DNA of 32,000 bases. Source: Ruminococcus albus 7 = DSM 20455 (GTDB lineage Bacteria; Bacillota; Clostridia; Oscillospirales; Ruminococcaceae). The DNA lies in NCBI RefSeq assembly GCF_000179635.2, contig NC_014833.1, forward strand, positions 1,350,001 to 1,382,000, in the 5' to 3' direction. The notes under the pieces are model-generated. The model had not been told where the DNA came from. It made no database searches and worked only from the letters and a program-made list of their open reading frames with translations. Positions 8,499 to 18,125 of this stretch are shown piece by piece. The translations under genes and the position numbers were made by a program. Position 1 is the first letter of the stretch, and every line of letters starts with the position of its first letter.

Positions 8499-10619
8499 AT
8501 GGAAAGAAATTGGTTCGATGAGGAGTGGAAAGGTTTCAAACCCGGCAGATGGTCAAGCACCTCTGTCAATCTCAGAGACTTTATCCAGAAGAATTTCACA
8601 CCTTATGACGGTGACGAAAGCTTTCTCGCAGGTCCTACCGAGGCTACTAATAAGCTTTGGGAACAGGTGACAGAGCTTTCAAGACAGGAAAGAGAAGCAG
8701 GCGGTGTGCTTGATATGGATACAAAGATAGTATCCACTATTACCAGCCATGAAGCAGGCTATCTTAATAAGGATCTTGAAAAGATCGTAGGCTTCCAGAC
8801 AGACAAGCCTTTCAAGCGTTCACTCCAGCCTTTTGGCGGACTGAGAATGGCTCAGGCAGCTTGCAAGCAGTACGGCTATGAGGTGGATCCCGAGATAGTA
8901 AAGATATTCACTGAATACAGAAAGACCCATAACCAGGGCGTATTCGATGCTTATACTCCCGAGATGAAGCTGGCAAGACACGCAGCTATACTGACAGGTC
9001 TTCCCGATGCTTACGGCAGAGGACGTATCATCGGTGACTACAGACGTGTAGCACTGTACGGTGTTGACTACCTTATAATGGATAAGAAGGATCAGCTGGA
9101 TAATTCTCTTGTCAGAATGACTTCAAAGAACATCAGACTGCGTGAGGAACTGGCAGAACAGATCAGAGCACTGGGCGAACTGAAAAAGCTGGGTGAGATA
9201 TACGGCTGTGATATCTCCAGACCTGCAAAGAATGCTCAGGAAGCTATCCAGTGGCTGTACTTCGGCTACCTTGCAGCTGTCAAGGAGCAGAACGGTGCAG
9301 CAATGTCACTGGGCAGAACTTCAACATTCATTGACATCTATATCCAGAGAGATATTGAAAGCGGTGTGCTGACTGAGGAAGAAGCTCAGGAACTGGTAGA
9401 CCACTTCATTATGAAGCTCAGACTGGTCAAGTTCGCAAGAACACCTGAGTACAACTCACTCTTCTCAGGAGACCCCACATGGGTAACAGAGTCTATCGGC
9501 GGTGTTTCTATTGACGGTGTGCCTATGGTCACAAAGACCTCATTCAGATACCTCAATACCCTGAATAACCTGGGTCCTGCACCTGAGCCTAATATGACAG
9601 TACTGTGGAGCGTTAAGCTTCCCGAAAACTTCAAGAAGTTCTGTGCAAGAATGTCCATAAGAACTTCTGCTATACAGTACGAGAACGATGATCTGATGAG
9701 AGCTACCCATGGCGATGATTACGCTGTTGCTTGCTGCGTATCCTCAATGGTAGTAGGTAAGGAGATGCAGTTCTTCGGCGCGAGAGCAAACCTCGCAAAG
9801 TGCCTGCTGTATGCTATAAACGGCGGTGTTGACGAGCGTCTCGGTGTTCAGGTAGGTCCTAAGTACCGTCCTGTTGACAGTGAATATCTGGACTTCGATG
9901 ATGTAATGGAAAAATATGATGATATGATGGAATGGCTGGCAGGTCTGTATGTAAATACCCTGAACGTTATCCACTTCATGCACGATAAGTACAGCTATGA
10001 AAGGATACAGATGGCTCTCCATGACAGAGATGTAAAGAGATACTTCGCAACAGGTATCGCAGGTCTTTCTGTAGTGGCTGACTCACTCTCTGCTATAAAG
10101 TACGCTAAGGTAAAGCCTGTCCGCAAGGATATCGAGATCAGGGACAAGGCAGGAAACGTTGTAGATGTAGCAAGAAACGTTGTTGTTGACTACATCGTTG
10201 AAGGCGATTTCCCCAAGTATGGCAATAACGATGACAGAGTTGACAAGCTGGCTGTTGATATCGTTAAGAGATTCATGAACAAGATAAGAAAGCACCACAC
10301 CTACCGTGACGGTGTGCCCACCATGTCCATACTGACTATCACATCTAACGTGGTATACGGCAAGAAGACAGGTTCCACTTCCGACGGCAGAAAGATAGGC
10401 GTGCCTCTCGCACCGGGTGCTAACCCCATGCACGGCAGAGATACTCACGGTGCTGCTTCTTCACTGGCATCTGTTGCTAAGCTGCCTTTCAGACACGCAC
10501 AGGATGGTATCTCCAATACATTCTCCATCATCCCCGGCGCACTTGGCAAGGACGATGAGATGTTCGTAGGCGATATTGATATCGCAAGCATTGCGGAGGA
10601 TCTTAATAATGGCAATTAA
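8499..10619 (+). CDS. pflB: Pyruvate formate-lyase catalytic core lacking the C-terminal glycyl-radical domain
   Basis: Near-collinear with E. coli PflB from WKGFKPGRW... through the active-site [12 protein letters not shown] to ...[13 protein letters not shown]. It then has 19 unrelated residues and a TAA. The ATG at 8499 follows AGGGAGAG. The ORF-track start at 8463 is a TTG inside the leader. Confidence 0.93.
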   Translation: MERNWFDEEWKGFKPGRWSSTSVNLRDFIQKNFTPYDGDESFLAGPTEATNKLWEQVTELSRQEREAGGVLDMDTKIVSTITSHEAGYLNKDLEKIVGFQTDKPFKRSLQPFGGLRMAQAACKQYGYEVDPEIVKIFTEYRKTHNQGVFDAYTPEMKLARHAAILTGLPDAYGRGRIIGDYRRVALYGVDYLIMDKKDQLDNSLVRMTSKNIRLREELAEQIRALGELKKLGEIYGCDISRPAKNAQEAIQWLYFGYLAAVKEQNGAAMSLGRTSTFIDIYIQRDIESGVLTEEEAQELVDHFIMKLRLVKFARTPEYNSLFSGDPTWVTESIGGVSIDGVPMVTKTSFRYLNTLNNLGPAPEPNMTVLWSVKLPENFKKFCARMSIRTSAIQYENDDLMRATHGDDYAVACCVSSMVVGKEMQFFGARANLAKCLLYAINGGVDERLGVQVGPKYRPVDSEYLDFDDVMEKYDDMMEWLAGLYVNTLNVIHFMHDKYSYERIQMALHDRDVKRYFATGIAGLSVVADSLSAIKYAKVKPVRKDIEIRDKAGNVVDVARNVVVDYIVEGDFPKYGNNDDRVDKLAVDIVKRFMNKIRKHHTYRDGVPTMSILTITSNVVYGKKTGSTSDGRKIGVPLAPGANPMHGRDTHGAASSLASVAKLPFRHAQDGISNTFSIIPGALGKDDEMFVGDIDIASIAEDLNNGN

Positions 10620-10854
10620 AGCTTCACTTGATGAAGACGGCAAGGTCAACGAACTTGTCGAAATGATAGACAGGCTGATGGCAGGCGGCGAGGGTCATAT
10701 AAATATTGATGCCGAAGCTCTGCTTAAAGCCAAGCATGAGGGTCAGGACGCTCCTGAAATGACCGTTCAGACCTTCAGATCAAATGACTGCGGAACGGGA
10801 GCGTGCTGTCAGCCAAATGAAAAAGCGCCCGATGAGGACGACGAGGAACTGTGA
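10609..10854 (+). CDS. 81-aa acidic, Cys-containing ORF; apparent degenerate paralog of the PFL glycyl-radical domain without the radical glycine
   Basis: GGAGG lies 9 nt upstream and the ATG overlaps the pflB stop (AATAATGGCAATTAA). By hand alignment it shares 13 identities over about 50 positions with the downstream 83-aa protein. It ends in [21 protein letters not shown]. Confidence 0.55.
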   Translation: MAIKASLDEDGKVNELVEMIDRLMAGGEGHINIDAEALLKAKHEGQDAPEMTVQTFRSNDCGTGACCQPNEKAPDEDDEEL

Positions 10855-10872
10855 TAGAAAGGAAGGATAAAT

Positions 10873-11124
10873 ATGGCAAATTTTGAACCTACCGATGCAC
10901 AGGTGGATAACCTTATAGGTCTGCTTGACGGATATGCAGAAAAAGGCGGTCATCACCTGAACGTTAACGTGCTCAACCGCGAGACACTTCTGGACGCACA
11001 GGCACACCCCGAAAAATACCCTCAGCTGACAATAAGGGTATCGGGATATGCAGTTAACTTCGTTAAGCTGACAAAGGAACAGCAGGACGATGTTATCTCC
11101 AGAACTTTCCACGAGAGTTTGTAA
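10873..11124 (+). CDS. Stand-alone glycyl-radical domain protein (GrcA/YfiD-like; detached C-terminus of PFL)
   Basis: ...[71 protein letters not shown] is the PFL C-terminal domain with the RVSGYAV radical motif. It has its own GGAAGGA RBS and ATG. Confidence 0.88.
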   Translation: MANFEPTDAQVDNLIGLLDGYAEKGGHHLNVNVLNRETLLDAQAHPEKYPQLTIRVSGYAVNFVKLTKEQQDDVISRTFHESL

Positions 11125-11132
11125 TTAGTATC

Positions 11133-11164
11133 AAAACCGACCGGCAGCTATGTCGGTCGGTTTT
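11133..11164 (+). terminator. Strong intrinsic terminator ending the pflB transcription unit
   Basis: AAAACCGACCG-loop-CGGTCGGTTTT hairpin followed by a T-rich tract. Confidence 0.9.
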
Positions 11165-11168
11165 ATTA

Positions 11169-11197
11169 TTGACTTTTTTTGGGGGGTATGATAAAAT
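11169..11197 (+). promoter_or_regulatory. Promoter of the membrane-protein/pflA unit
   Basis: TTGACT-N17-TAAAAT with a TGn extended -10. Confidence 0.55.
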
Positions 11198-11243
11198 ATA
11201 ATCGTCAGTAAAACATATATATAAATTAAAGGAGATAATCAAA

Positions 11244-12071
11244 ATGCAAATGAGCAGAGAACAATTTGAACAGCTGACAGGCGAAAGACTTCCGCGTGAT
11301 CAGGAACTGGTCACCCGCGGTGATATGGTACCGCAGAACGGTCAGCCTATGGGCATGAATGTTCCGCAGGGTCAGCCTGTGCAGTTGGGACAGAACACCC
11401 TCCTACCCGAACACGTTCCCGATAAGCAGTTCAGCCTGAAAAGCTTTATGCCTCTGTTTATTGGTATAATCGGACTTCTGACAATAGGCAGATCATCAGG
11501 CGGTATGGCAGCTATGTGCCTTGGCTTCGGCACTATGGGTACCGGCATACTCTGCCGCAGAGAAATGGATGCTTATAAGCCTGAACGCAGGGCAAAAGCT
11601 CTGATGACAGCTATCGGAGGAGGTATAATAGGTCTTGCCGGACTTGTATCGCTGTTAGTACCCTCGCTGTCACTCCACGCGGCTGCATATTCACTGACAC
11701 TCAGCGGACTTATGCTGGTTGCTGCACCGCCGATAGTCAGACGTTTGAAGCTGCGCCGCTGTACCGTAAAGACAAGGGCAGTATGTATAGGCAACCGTAA
11801 GAAGAGAAGCTCGGGCAAGCATCATAATATGGTATACGCGCCTATATGGCAGTATATAGCAGGCGGAAGAGCCCATGTTGCTTATGATGAAGTATATACC
11901 AGCCCAAAGCAGTTCAATGAAGGCGAAGGTACGGATATAATGGTAAACCCAAATGATCCCAAGGATATCTACCGCGGCAGTGATCCCACGGCATGGATAC
12001 TCATGGTGTTCGGTGCACTGATGCTGGGCGGCGGTGTGATAAGCGTATTAAGACTTCTGGGCATAATTTAA
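11244..12071 (+). CDS. Membrane protein with a Q/P-rich N-terminus and a DUF3592-like domain
   Basis: Low-complexity GQPMGMNVPQGQPVQLGQN, then several TM helices. The segment MVYAPIWQYIAGGRAHVAYDE...GTDIMVNPNDPKDIY fits the DUF3592 pattern as I recall it, followed by a final TM helix. AAGGAG RBS. Confidence 0.7.
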   Translation: MQMSREQFEQLTGERLPRDQELVTRGDMVPQNGQPMGMNVPQGQPVQLGQNTLLPEHVPDKQFSLKSFMPLFIGIIGLLTIGRSSGGMAAMCLGFGTMGTGILCRREMDAYKPERRAKALMTAIGGGIIGLAGLVSLLVPSLSLHAAAYSLTLSGLMLVAAPPIVRRLKLRRCTVKTRAVCIGNRKKRSSGKHHNMVYAPIWQYIAGGRAHVAYDEVYTSPKQFNEGEGTDIMVNPNDPKDIYRGSDPTAWILMVFGALMLGGGVISVLRLLGII

Positions 12072-12083
12072 GGAGATGTTTTG

Positions 12084-12830
12084 ATGACGGGACGTATCCA
12101 TTCGGTGGAAAGTTTCAGCTCGGTAGATGGACCGGGCAATCGCTTCGTTATATTTTTTCAGGGCTGTCCCATGAGGTGCCTTTACTGTCATAATCCCGAT
12201 ACATGGCAGACAGACGGCGGCAGGGAAGTCACAGCAGAGAAACTGCTGGGAGAGTATGACTCAGTAAAAGAATTCCTCAAGGGCGGCGGCATTACCTGTA
12301 CGGGCGGTGAACCGTGTCTGCAGATCGGATTTCTGACAGAGCTGTTTGAAAAAGCAAAGTCAAGAGGTATAAACACCTGCCTTGATACAAGTGGTATAAC
12401 CTTTAAAAAGTCTGATACTTCAGCATTTGACAGATTGATAAAGTCTACCGACCTTGTAATGCTGGATATAAAGCACATCGACCCTGTTGTGCATAAAAAG
12501 ATCACAGGACATGATAACGGCGGTATACTTGCCTTTGCGGAGTACCTCAGTGAAAAAGGGATACCCGTGTGGATAAGGCACGTAGTTGTCCCCGGGCTTA
12601 CCGATGATGAGGACAGTCTTAACAGACTGGGACATTTCCTTGCACATATAAAAACGCTGAAAGCTCTGGATGTTTTGCCATATCATACACTTGGCAGGCA
12701 TAAGTATGAGGAGCTGGGTATTGATTATCCTCTGGGGGACACCCCTCCAATGACAAAGGATGGCGCGAAGCGTGCAAGGGATATCATCATGCGCGGGCTC
12801 AAAGATGAACTTCGCATAAAACGTCAGTAA
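12084..12830 (+). CDS. pflA: Pyruvate formate-lyase activating enzyme (radical SAM)
   Basis: GRIHSVESFSSVDGPGNRFVIFFQGCPMRCLYCHNPDTW carries the CxxxCxxC cluster motif. GGGITCTGGEPCLQ. The ATG at 12084 follows AGGAG. The ORF-track start at 12081 is a TTG. Confidence 0.95.
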   Translation: MTGRIHSVESFSSVDGPGNRFVIFFQGCPMRCLYCHNPDTWQTDGGREVTAEKLLGEYDSVKEFLKGGGITCTGGEPCLQIGFLTELFEKAKSRGINTCLDTSGITFKKSDTSAFDRLIKSTDLVMLDIKHIDPVVHKKITGHDNGGILAFAEYLSEKGIPVWIRHVVVPGLTDDEDSLNRLGHFLAHIKTLKALDVLPYHTLGRHKYEELGIDYPLGDTPPMTKDGAKRARDIIMRGLKDELRIKRQ

Positions 12831-12931
12831 ATAATTGTGATATCAGCTGAGTTATCCTCGGAGGGCTTTACTTTTGCTTTGTTATATGGTATAATACCTT
12901 TATGTAATCAATTCCGAAACGGAGGATAATA

Positions 12932-14194
12932 ATGCATTTGAGAGCAAAAAGGTTCGCTGTGCTTATGTGTGCTGCTGTTATGGCAGTATGTACAGGCTGC
13001 GCGAGCATGGGCGTAAGAGATACTGAGGGTCTGGATAATGGCAAGGAACTCGCTGCTGGCAGGGAGAAAATGCTATCCCAATCAAAGAAGAAAGCTGATG
13101 AGGAAACTACCCCTGACGAGGAGCAGACTGACAAGCAGCCAATACCCGAGGGTCAGCCGTCAAATGTTGTCTCCCTGCTTTGCGCAGGTGATAATCTGGT
13201 GCATGATAATATCTATAATGAAGCATGGCACAAGGGCGGTGACACACATTACGATTTTACTGATGCATACCGTAATGTGGAGCGTTATCTTGACGGTACG
13301 GATATCGCCATACTGAATCAGGAAACACTGGTGACCGATGATTACGGTCCACAGAGCTTCCCGATGTTTGCCACACCTACAGCTAACGGTGATCATATGG
13401 TGGATATCGGTTTCAATGTAATATCCATGAGCAATAACCATGTATTGGATATGGGCGGTGACGGACTTATCAGCAGTCTTGATTACTGGGACAGCAAGGA
13501 TGTAGTCCATTACGGTGCTTATCGTGACGAGGCAGACAGCGAGAATATCCGCATTAAGGAAGTAAACGGTATAACTTTTGCTTTCCTTGGATATATGGAG
13601 CATACCAACGGTTATTATATTGAAGACGGCGAGCCGGGCAAGGTGATATACCTTGAAAATGAGGATATAGTTGAACGTCAGGTAAGGGCGGCTAACGAGC
13701 TTGCTGATGTTGTTGTAGTAAGCTGTCATTTCGGCACCGAGATAGAAAATGAGCTGAATTCAGTTCAGGAAACAATGGCGCCCAGACTGGTAGAATGGGG
13801 AGCAGACCTCATTATCGGAACACAGGCGCATACCATAAACACCTGCAATTATATCGATAAGCCCGACGGTGGAAAGGCTTTCTGTTACTACGGACTTGGT
13901 AATTTCATATCGACTATGTATGATCTGCGTGCACCTGTAGGTATCATAGGTAAACTGAATGTCGTGAAGGATCCCGAAACAGGCACTATCAGCTTTGAAA
14001 ACGTAAAGGCTATACCTATAATATCCCACTTTGAAGCTGAAAGCTATGACGGTGACTGGTATAACTGTGCTGAGTATCCCTATAAGGATTACACCGACGA
14101 TATGTTTGAGAAAAACTATATCGAAGGCTTTAACAGGCAGTGTGTAGAGGATTGTCTGAGCTATATCCCCGATGAATTCCTCAGTATAGAGTAA
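12932..14194 (+). CDS. CapA/PGA_cap-family metallophosphoesterase-like secreted protein or lipoprotein
   Basis: Signal-like N-terminus ending CTGCAS. LLCAGDNLVHDNIY, ISMSNNHVLDMG and HFGTE...IIGTQAH motifs are typical of the CapA family. Confidence 0.8.
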   Translation: MHLRAKRFAVLMCAAVMAVCTGCASMGVRDTEGLDNGKELAAGREKMLSQSKKKADEETTPDEEQTDKQPIPEGQPSNVVSLLCAGDNLVHDNIYNEAWHKGGDTHYDFTDAYRNVERYLDGTDIAILNQETLVTDDYGPQSFPMFATPTANGDHMVDIGFNVISMSNNHVLDMGGDGLISSLDYWDSKDVVHYGAYRDEADSENIRIKEVNGITFAFLGYMEHTNGYYIEDGEPGKVIYLENEDIVERQVRAANELADVVVVSCHFGTEIENELNSVQETMAPRLVEWGADLIIGTQAHTINTCNYIDKPDGGKAFCYYGLGNFISTMYDLRAPVGIIGKLNVVKDPETGTISFENVKAIPIISHFEAESYDGDWYNCAEYPYKDYTDDMFEKNYIEGFNRQCVEDCLSYIPDEFLSIE

Positions 14195-14497
14195 GTTCAA
14201 GGCTGTGTGACGTAAGATCATGCAGCCTTATTTCTATGATGAATAAATACAGCAATTATTATTAATAAAAAGCTTTCTGTCTGCTGACTTTCAAGGAATA
14301 ATATACATATCAAATCAATTCACTGAAAGTTAAGCCGGATAATCAATAAAAGAATAAGAATATTACACATCGCAGTTTTTTTCTATTGCTTTTTTAGGCA
14401 GAATGTATTAAAATATATTACAAGAGAAGTAGCACAGAAAACAACTGATGCTTTCATTTATTTATATTATTCAGACTTATCAGGGAGGTATTCGCCA

Positions 14498-16843
14498 ATG
14501 AAATTTGCTGACGGATTCTGGCTCAATCAGAGAGGTTATGAGGTCAACTACATGGTACAGGCGTACGATGTGGTTGAAATAGAGAACGGATTCATGGTAG
14601 TGGCAACACCGTTTTCGGGCAAGGAGAGATACAAGCTGCTGGGCAGTGCAAATCTTGAGATAACTTACACTTCTGAATTTGAAAATGTTATAAGGGTGAA
14701 TATGACTCACCACAAGGGATACAAGGATAACGGACCCCATTTTGTACTTAACAAGGGCAGTTTCAAACCTGTTGTTAATATAACCGAACATGAGGCAGTG
14801 CTTGTATCCGGAGATACTAAGGTAGTAGTATCGAGAGATGACTGGAATGTTTCATATTTTTATAAGGATAAGAAACTCACAAGCGGCGGCTGGAGAAGCA
14901 CAGGTGTTATCAAGGAGAGCGCATTCAAGCAGCAGGCGAGAATGGCTGTTCAGGCTGATGACACTTTCTGGAGCTATCCCGCTGACCCTCACAAGACTTA
15001 TATCAGAGAACAGCTTGATACCTCCGTGGGCGAGTACTTCTACGGTTTCGGTGAGAAGTTCACCACTTTCACCAAAAACGGTCAGAATGTTGAGATATGG
15101 AACGCCGACGGCGGCACCTGTTCCGACCAAAGCTACAAGAGCGTGCCTTTCTATGTATCCTCCCGCGGCTACGGCATATTCGTAAATTCTACCGATAAGG
15201 TCAGCTTTGAGGTCTGCTCGGATACAGTATCAAAGGTAAGTTTCACCCTGCCGGGCGAGAATATGGAGTATTTCGTATTCGGCGGCGAGAACCTCACCGA
15301 GGTAATGAAAGGTTATACCGACCTTACAGGCAAGCCCTCACTTCCTCCTGCATTTTCCTTCGGTCTGTGGCTGACATCCTCCTTCACCACAAGCTATGAT
15401 GAAGCTACCATTACAGGCTTCATAGACGGCATGGCTGAAAGGGATATACCTCTCCAGGTCTTCCACTTTGACTGCTTCTGGATGAAAGGTCTGGAATGGT
15501 GCAATTTCGAGTGGGATACCGAACAGTTCCCCGACCCCGAAGGTCTTCTGAAAAGACTTCACGAGACCAAGGGCTTGAAGACCTGCGTATGGATAAATCC
15601 CTATGTTGGTCAGCGTTCACGCCTTTTCGATGAGGGCATGGAACATGGCTACTTTATCAAGAATACCGACGGTTCGGTGTTCCAGTGTGATGAATGGCAG
15701 CCGGGTATGGCGATAGTTGACTTCACCAATCCCGATGCCTGCAAGTGGTACGCAGGATATCTCCGCAAGCTGTGCGAAATGGGCGTTGACACATTCAAGA
15801 CCGATTTCGGCGAAAGGATACCCACCCGCGATGTGGTCTACCATAACGGTGCCGACCCTATCAAGATGCACAACTTCTATACATACCTTTATAATGAGTG
15901 CGTATTCAATGTGCTGAAAGAGTACTACGGCGAAAACAAGGCGTGCTTGTTTGCAAGGTCTGCTACCGCAGGCGGACAGAAATTCCCCGTACACTGGGGC
16001 GGCGACTGCTCAGGCAATTACAATTCAATGGCAGAAGTCGTAAGAGGCTGTCTCAGCCTTTGCATCTCGGGATTCGGTTATACCTCCCATGATATGGCAG
16101 GCTTTGAAGCTACCGCTACCCCCGATATCTACAAAAGATGGGCGGCATTCGGTCTGTTCTCCACCCATTCAAGACTTCACGGCAACCAGTCCTACCGCGT
16201 GCCGTGGCTGTTTGATGAGGAAAGCTGCGATGTTTTGCGCTTCTTCACCAAGAAAAAAGGCGAGCTCATGCCATACATATGGTCGCAGGCTATCAAGACC
16301 CATGAGGTCGGCGTGACTATGATGAGGGCTATGGTCATAGATTTTGCAGATGACCCTGCTTGTCTGACTCTTGACAGACAGTATATGCTTGGCGATAATA
16401 TCCTCGTTGCCCCCATACTCAACGAAGATGGCATAGCCCAGTACTACGTGCCCGAGGGCAGATGGACAGATATCATCACAGGCAAGGTATTCGAGGGCGG
16501 CAGATGGTACACCCACAAGTGCAGCTATTTCGAGATACCTGCCCTTGCAAGACCTAACAGCATAATCGCTTACGGCAACTTCAAGAGGGATATTGAGTAC
16601 GATTATCTGGACGGTACCAACTTCACCATATACGAACCCGAGGACGGAAAGACTATTCTTTGCCCAATATACGACACCGAAACCAACAAGGTATTCGAGC
16701 TGAAAGCAACCAGAATCGGCAATAAGATCGAGTGTGAATATACCGATACAAAGGCAGGCTTCAGGATAAGTGTTGCTAACACCGATAAATGTGCTGAAGT
16801 CACCCCCGCTGCAGGAAACGGCAAGGTCATCATCGAACTGTAA
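14498..16843 (+). CDS. yicI: GH31 alpha-xylosidase
   Basis: Collinear with E. coli YicI: MKFADGFWL..., YGFGEKFT, WNADGG, FHFDCFWMK, WINPY, KTDFGERIP, HWGGDC, RLHG...YRVPW, YMLGDNILVAP. Confidence 0.92.
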   Translation: MKFADGFWLNQRGYEVNYMVQAYDVVEIENGFMVVATPFSGKERYKLLGSANLEITYTSEFENVIRVNMTHHKGYKDNGPHFVLNKGSFKPVVNITEHEAVLVSGDTKVVVSRDDWNVSYFYKDKKLTSGGWRSTGVIKESAFKQQARMAVQADDTFWSYPADPHKTYIREQLDTSVGEYFYGFGEKFTTFTKNGQNVEIWNADGGTCSDQSYKSVPFYVSSRGYGIFVNSTDKVSFEVCSDTVSKVSFTLPGENMEYFVFGGENLTEVMKGYTDLTGKPSLPPAFSFGLWLTSSFTTSYDEATITGFIDGMAERDIPLQVFHFDCFWMKGLEWCNFEWDTEQFPDPEGLLKRLHETKGLKTCVWINPYVGQRSRLFDEGMEHGYFIKNTDGSVFQCDEWQPGMAIVDFTNPDACKWYAGYLRKLCEMGVDTFKTDFGERIPTRDVVYHNGADPIKMHNFYTYLYNECVFNVLKEYYGENKACLFARSATAGGQKFPVHWGGDCSGNYNSMAEVVRGCLSLCISGFGYTSHDMAGFEATATPDIYKRWAAFGLFSTHSRLHGNQSYRVPWLFDEESCDVLRFFTKKKGELMPYIWSQAIKTHEVGVTMMRAMVIDFADDPACLTLDRQYMLGDNILVAPILNEDGIAQYYVPEGRWTDIITGKVFEGGRWYTHKCSYFEIPALARPNSIIAYGNFKRDIEYDYLDGTNFTIYEPEDGKTILCPIYDTETNKVFELKATRIGNKIECEYTDTKAGFRISVANTDKCAEVTPAAGNGKVIIEL

Positions 16844-16853
16844 CAAAAGAAAA

Positions 16854-16884
16854 AAGCTCGGAGAGCGTTATGCTTTCCGAGCTT
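16854..16884. terminator. Bidirectional terminator between yicI-like and mscS-like genes
   Basis: 13-bp stem AAGCTCGGAGAGC / GCTTTCCGAGCTT flanked by an A-run and a T-run. Confidence 0.85.
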
Positions 16885-16887
16885 TGC

Positions 16888-17688
16888 TTATTTATCTTTC
16901 ATATGCACATCCAACTGCTCAAAAGGAATTTGTATACCGTTTTCATCAAAGGCTTCTTTGACTTTCTGCAGCATATCCCAGCGTGTCTGCCAGTAATTCT
17001 CGGTCTTTACCCATGAACGGGTGAGTATGATAACAGCATGAGTGCCGTGTTCACCGATGACTACCAGTGGCTTGGCAGGTACCGAAAGTATCCTGTCATC
17101 AGCCTGAAGCACACCCCTTACGATCTCCATGACCTTCTTGTGATCCTCCGAGTAGGATATGGGGAATTTCAGTTCGATACAACGGTTCTTTTCAGCTGTG
17201 CAGTTTGTCACCGAACTTTTTGAAGCTATACTGTTTGGGATATATACCGCCTTGTTTTCAATGGTATTCAGCTTTGTATAAAGCATGGTTATCATATCAA
17301 CAGTACCTTCATCGCTGCCTATGGTTATGTAATCACCACAGCGGAAGGGTTTGGCGAACAGTATCAGGAATCCTCCTGCAACGTTTGAAAGGCTGTCCTG
17401 CAAAGCAAGACCTATGGCGATACCGGCAGTTCCGATCGCTGCAAGTATAGATGACATAGGTACTTTCATAGCTGAAAGCGCACTAACAGCCACGATCACG
17501 GTTATTACCACCTTGACCATGGACATCAGGAATTTGTGTACCGTAGCATCAACGTGTTTTAACTTCAAAGCTTTGCCCATGAGCCGCAGAGTAACTGTCT
17601 GCGCTAAATAGCCGCCTGCAAGGATTATACACGCAGCCAGCAGGTTGGGCAGCATATCTTCAAGACGTATAAGAAATCTGTCAAGCAT
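16888..17688 (-). CDS. Small-conductance mechanosensitive channel (MscS family)
   Basis: Three N-terminal TM helices, pore-helix region GIAIGLALQDSLSNVAGGFLILFAKPFRCGDYI, then the beta and alpha-beta domains. Confidence 0.88.
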   Translation of the reverse strand: MLDRFLIRLEDMLPNLLAACIILAGGYLAQTVTLRLMGKALKLKHVDATVHKFLMSMVKVVITVIVAVSALSAMKVPMSSILAAIGTAGIAIGLALQDSLSNVAGGFLILFAKPFRCGDYITIGSDEGTVDMITMLYTKLNTIENKAVYIPNSIASKSSVTNCTAEKNRCIELKFPISYSEDHKKVMEIVRGVLQADDRILSVPAKPLVVIGEHGTHAVIILTRSWVKTENYWQTRWDMLQKVKEAFDENGIQIPFEQLDVHMKDK

Positions 17689-17745
17689 ATTATCACCTCA
17701 TAATTATCAGTTATTTTTAGCCTGTGTCGAACTATTTATACAGGT

Positions 17746-17774
17746 ATTATAGCATAAATTTTATAAAAAGTAAA
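17746..17774 (-). promoter_or_regulatory. Candidate promoter of the mscS-like gene
   Basis: The reverse complement reads TTTACT-N17-TATAAT with a TGn extended -10. Confidence 0.5.
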
Positions 17775-18049
17775 CCCGACGAGAAAAAATATCGCAGCAA
17801 CAGTGCCGTAAATTAATCAGATACTTTCCGGTAATACCAACAATGCGAGGTCTATACCAGACGGTACGAGCGTGTACCATTGTATATGACTGTATTTTCT
17901 GATATGCGTAAAGATTGCCGGCTCATAGACCCGAGGACGAGGTATGACCGCCCGTAGTACGTCCATATAAAATCAATCACCCGCTAGTGTTTTAGAAATC
18001 TGCCTTTTCGTAATTTAGTAAAAAAACATCGTTTTTCGATAAAAAAGTA

Positions 18050-18078
18050 TTGACAAACAGCCTGAGGTGTGTTATAAT
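18050..18078 (+). promoter_or_regulatory. Consensus promoter at the head of the small-membrane-protein island
   Basis: TTGACA-N17-TATAAT exactly, about 47 nt upstream of the ATG at 18126. Confidence 0.7.
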
Positions 18079-18125
18079 GATGTCACGTTAAAAATTCAAG
18101 CAAATTTCTAAAATGGAGTGATGAT

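Noticed and set aside
8333-8599. 88-aa minus-strand ORF spanning the pflB promoter, leader and start.
   Set aside because: It overlaps the pflB promoter and 5' coding region, has no RBS, and its composition is unremarkable. It is most likely spurious.
10595-10620. Programmed frameshift fusing the PFL core to the 81-aa ORF.
   Set aside because: There is no X XXY YYZ-type slippery heptamer at the overlap (AATAATGGCAATTAA). A GGAGG 9 nt upstream of the ATG explains the layout as ordinary translational coupling.
10558-10896. The roughly 340-bp interruption of pflB could be a group I/II intron or an intein restoring a single PFL polypeptide.
   Set aside because: It is too short for an intein and has in-frame stops. 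The downstream exon-like part has its own SD and ATG with a novel N-terminus. The interposed ORF also has an SD and resembles the radical domain itself. I see no obvious intron secondary-structure hallmarks, though RNA splicing cannot be strictly excluded without folding or covariance analysis.
12932-14194. The CapA-like gene as an indicator of a poly-gamma-glutamate capsule locus.
   Set aside because: No capB/capC-like genes are adjacent. Stand-alone CapA-family metallophosphoesterase-like lipoproteins are common, so no capsule system is inferred.
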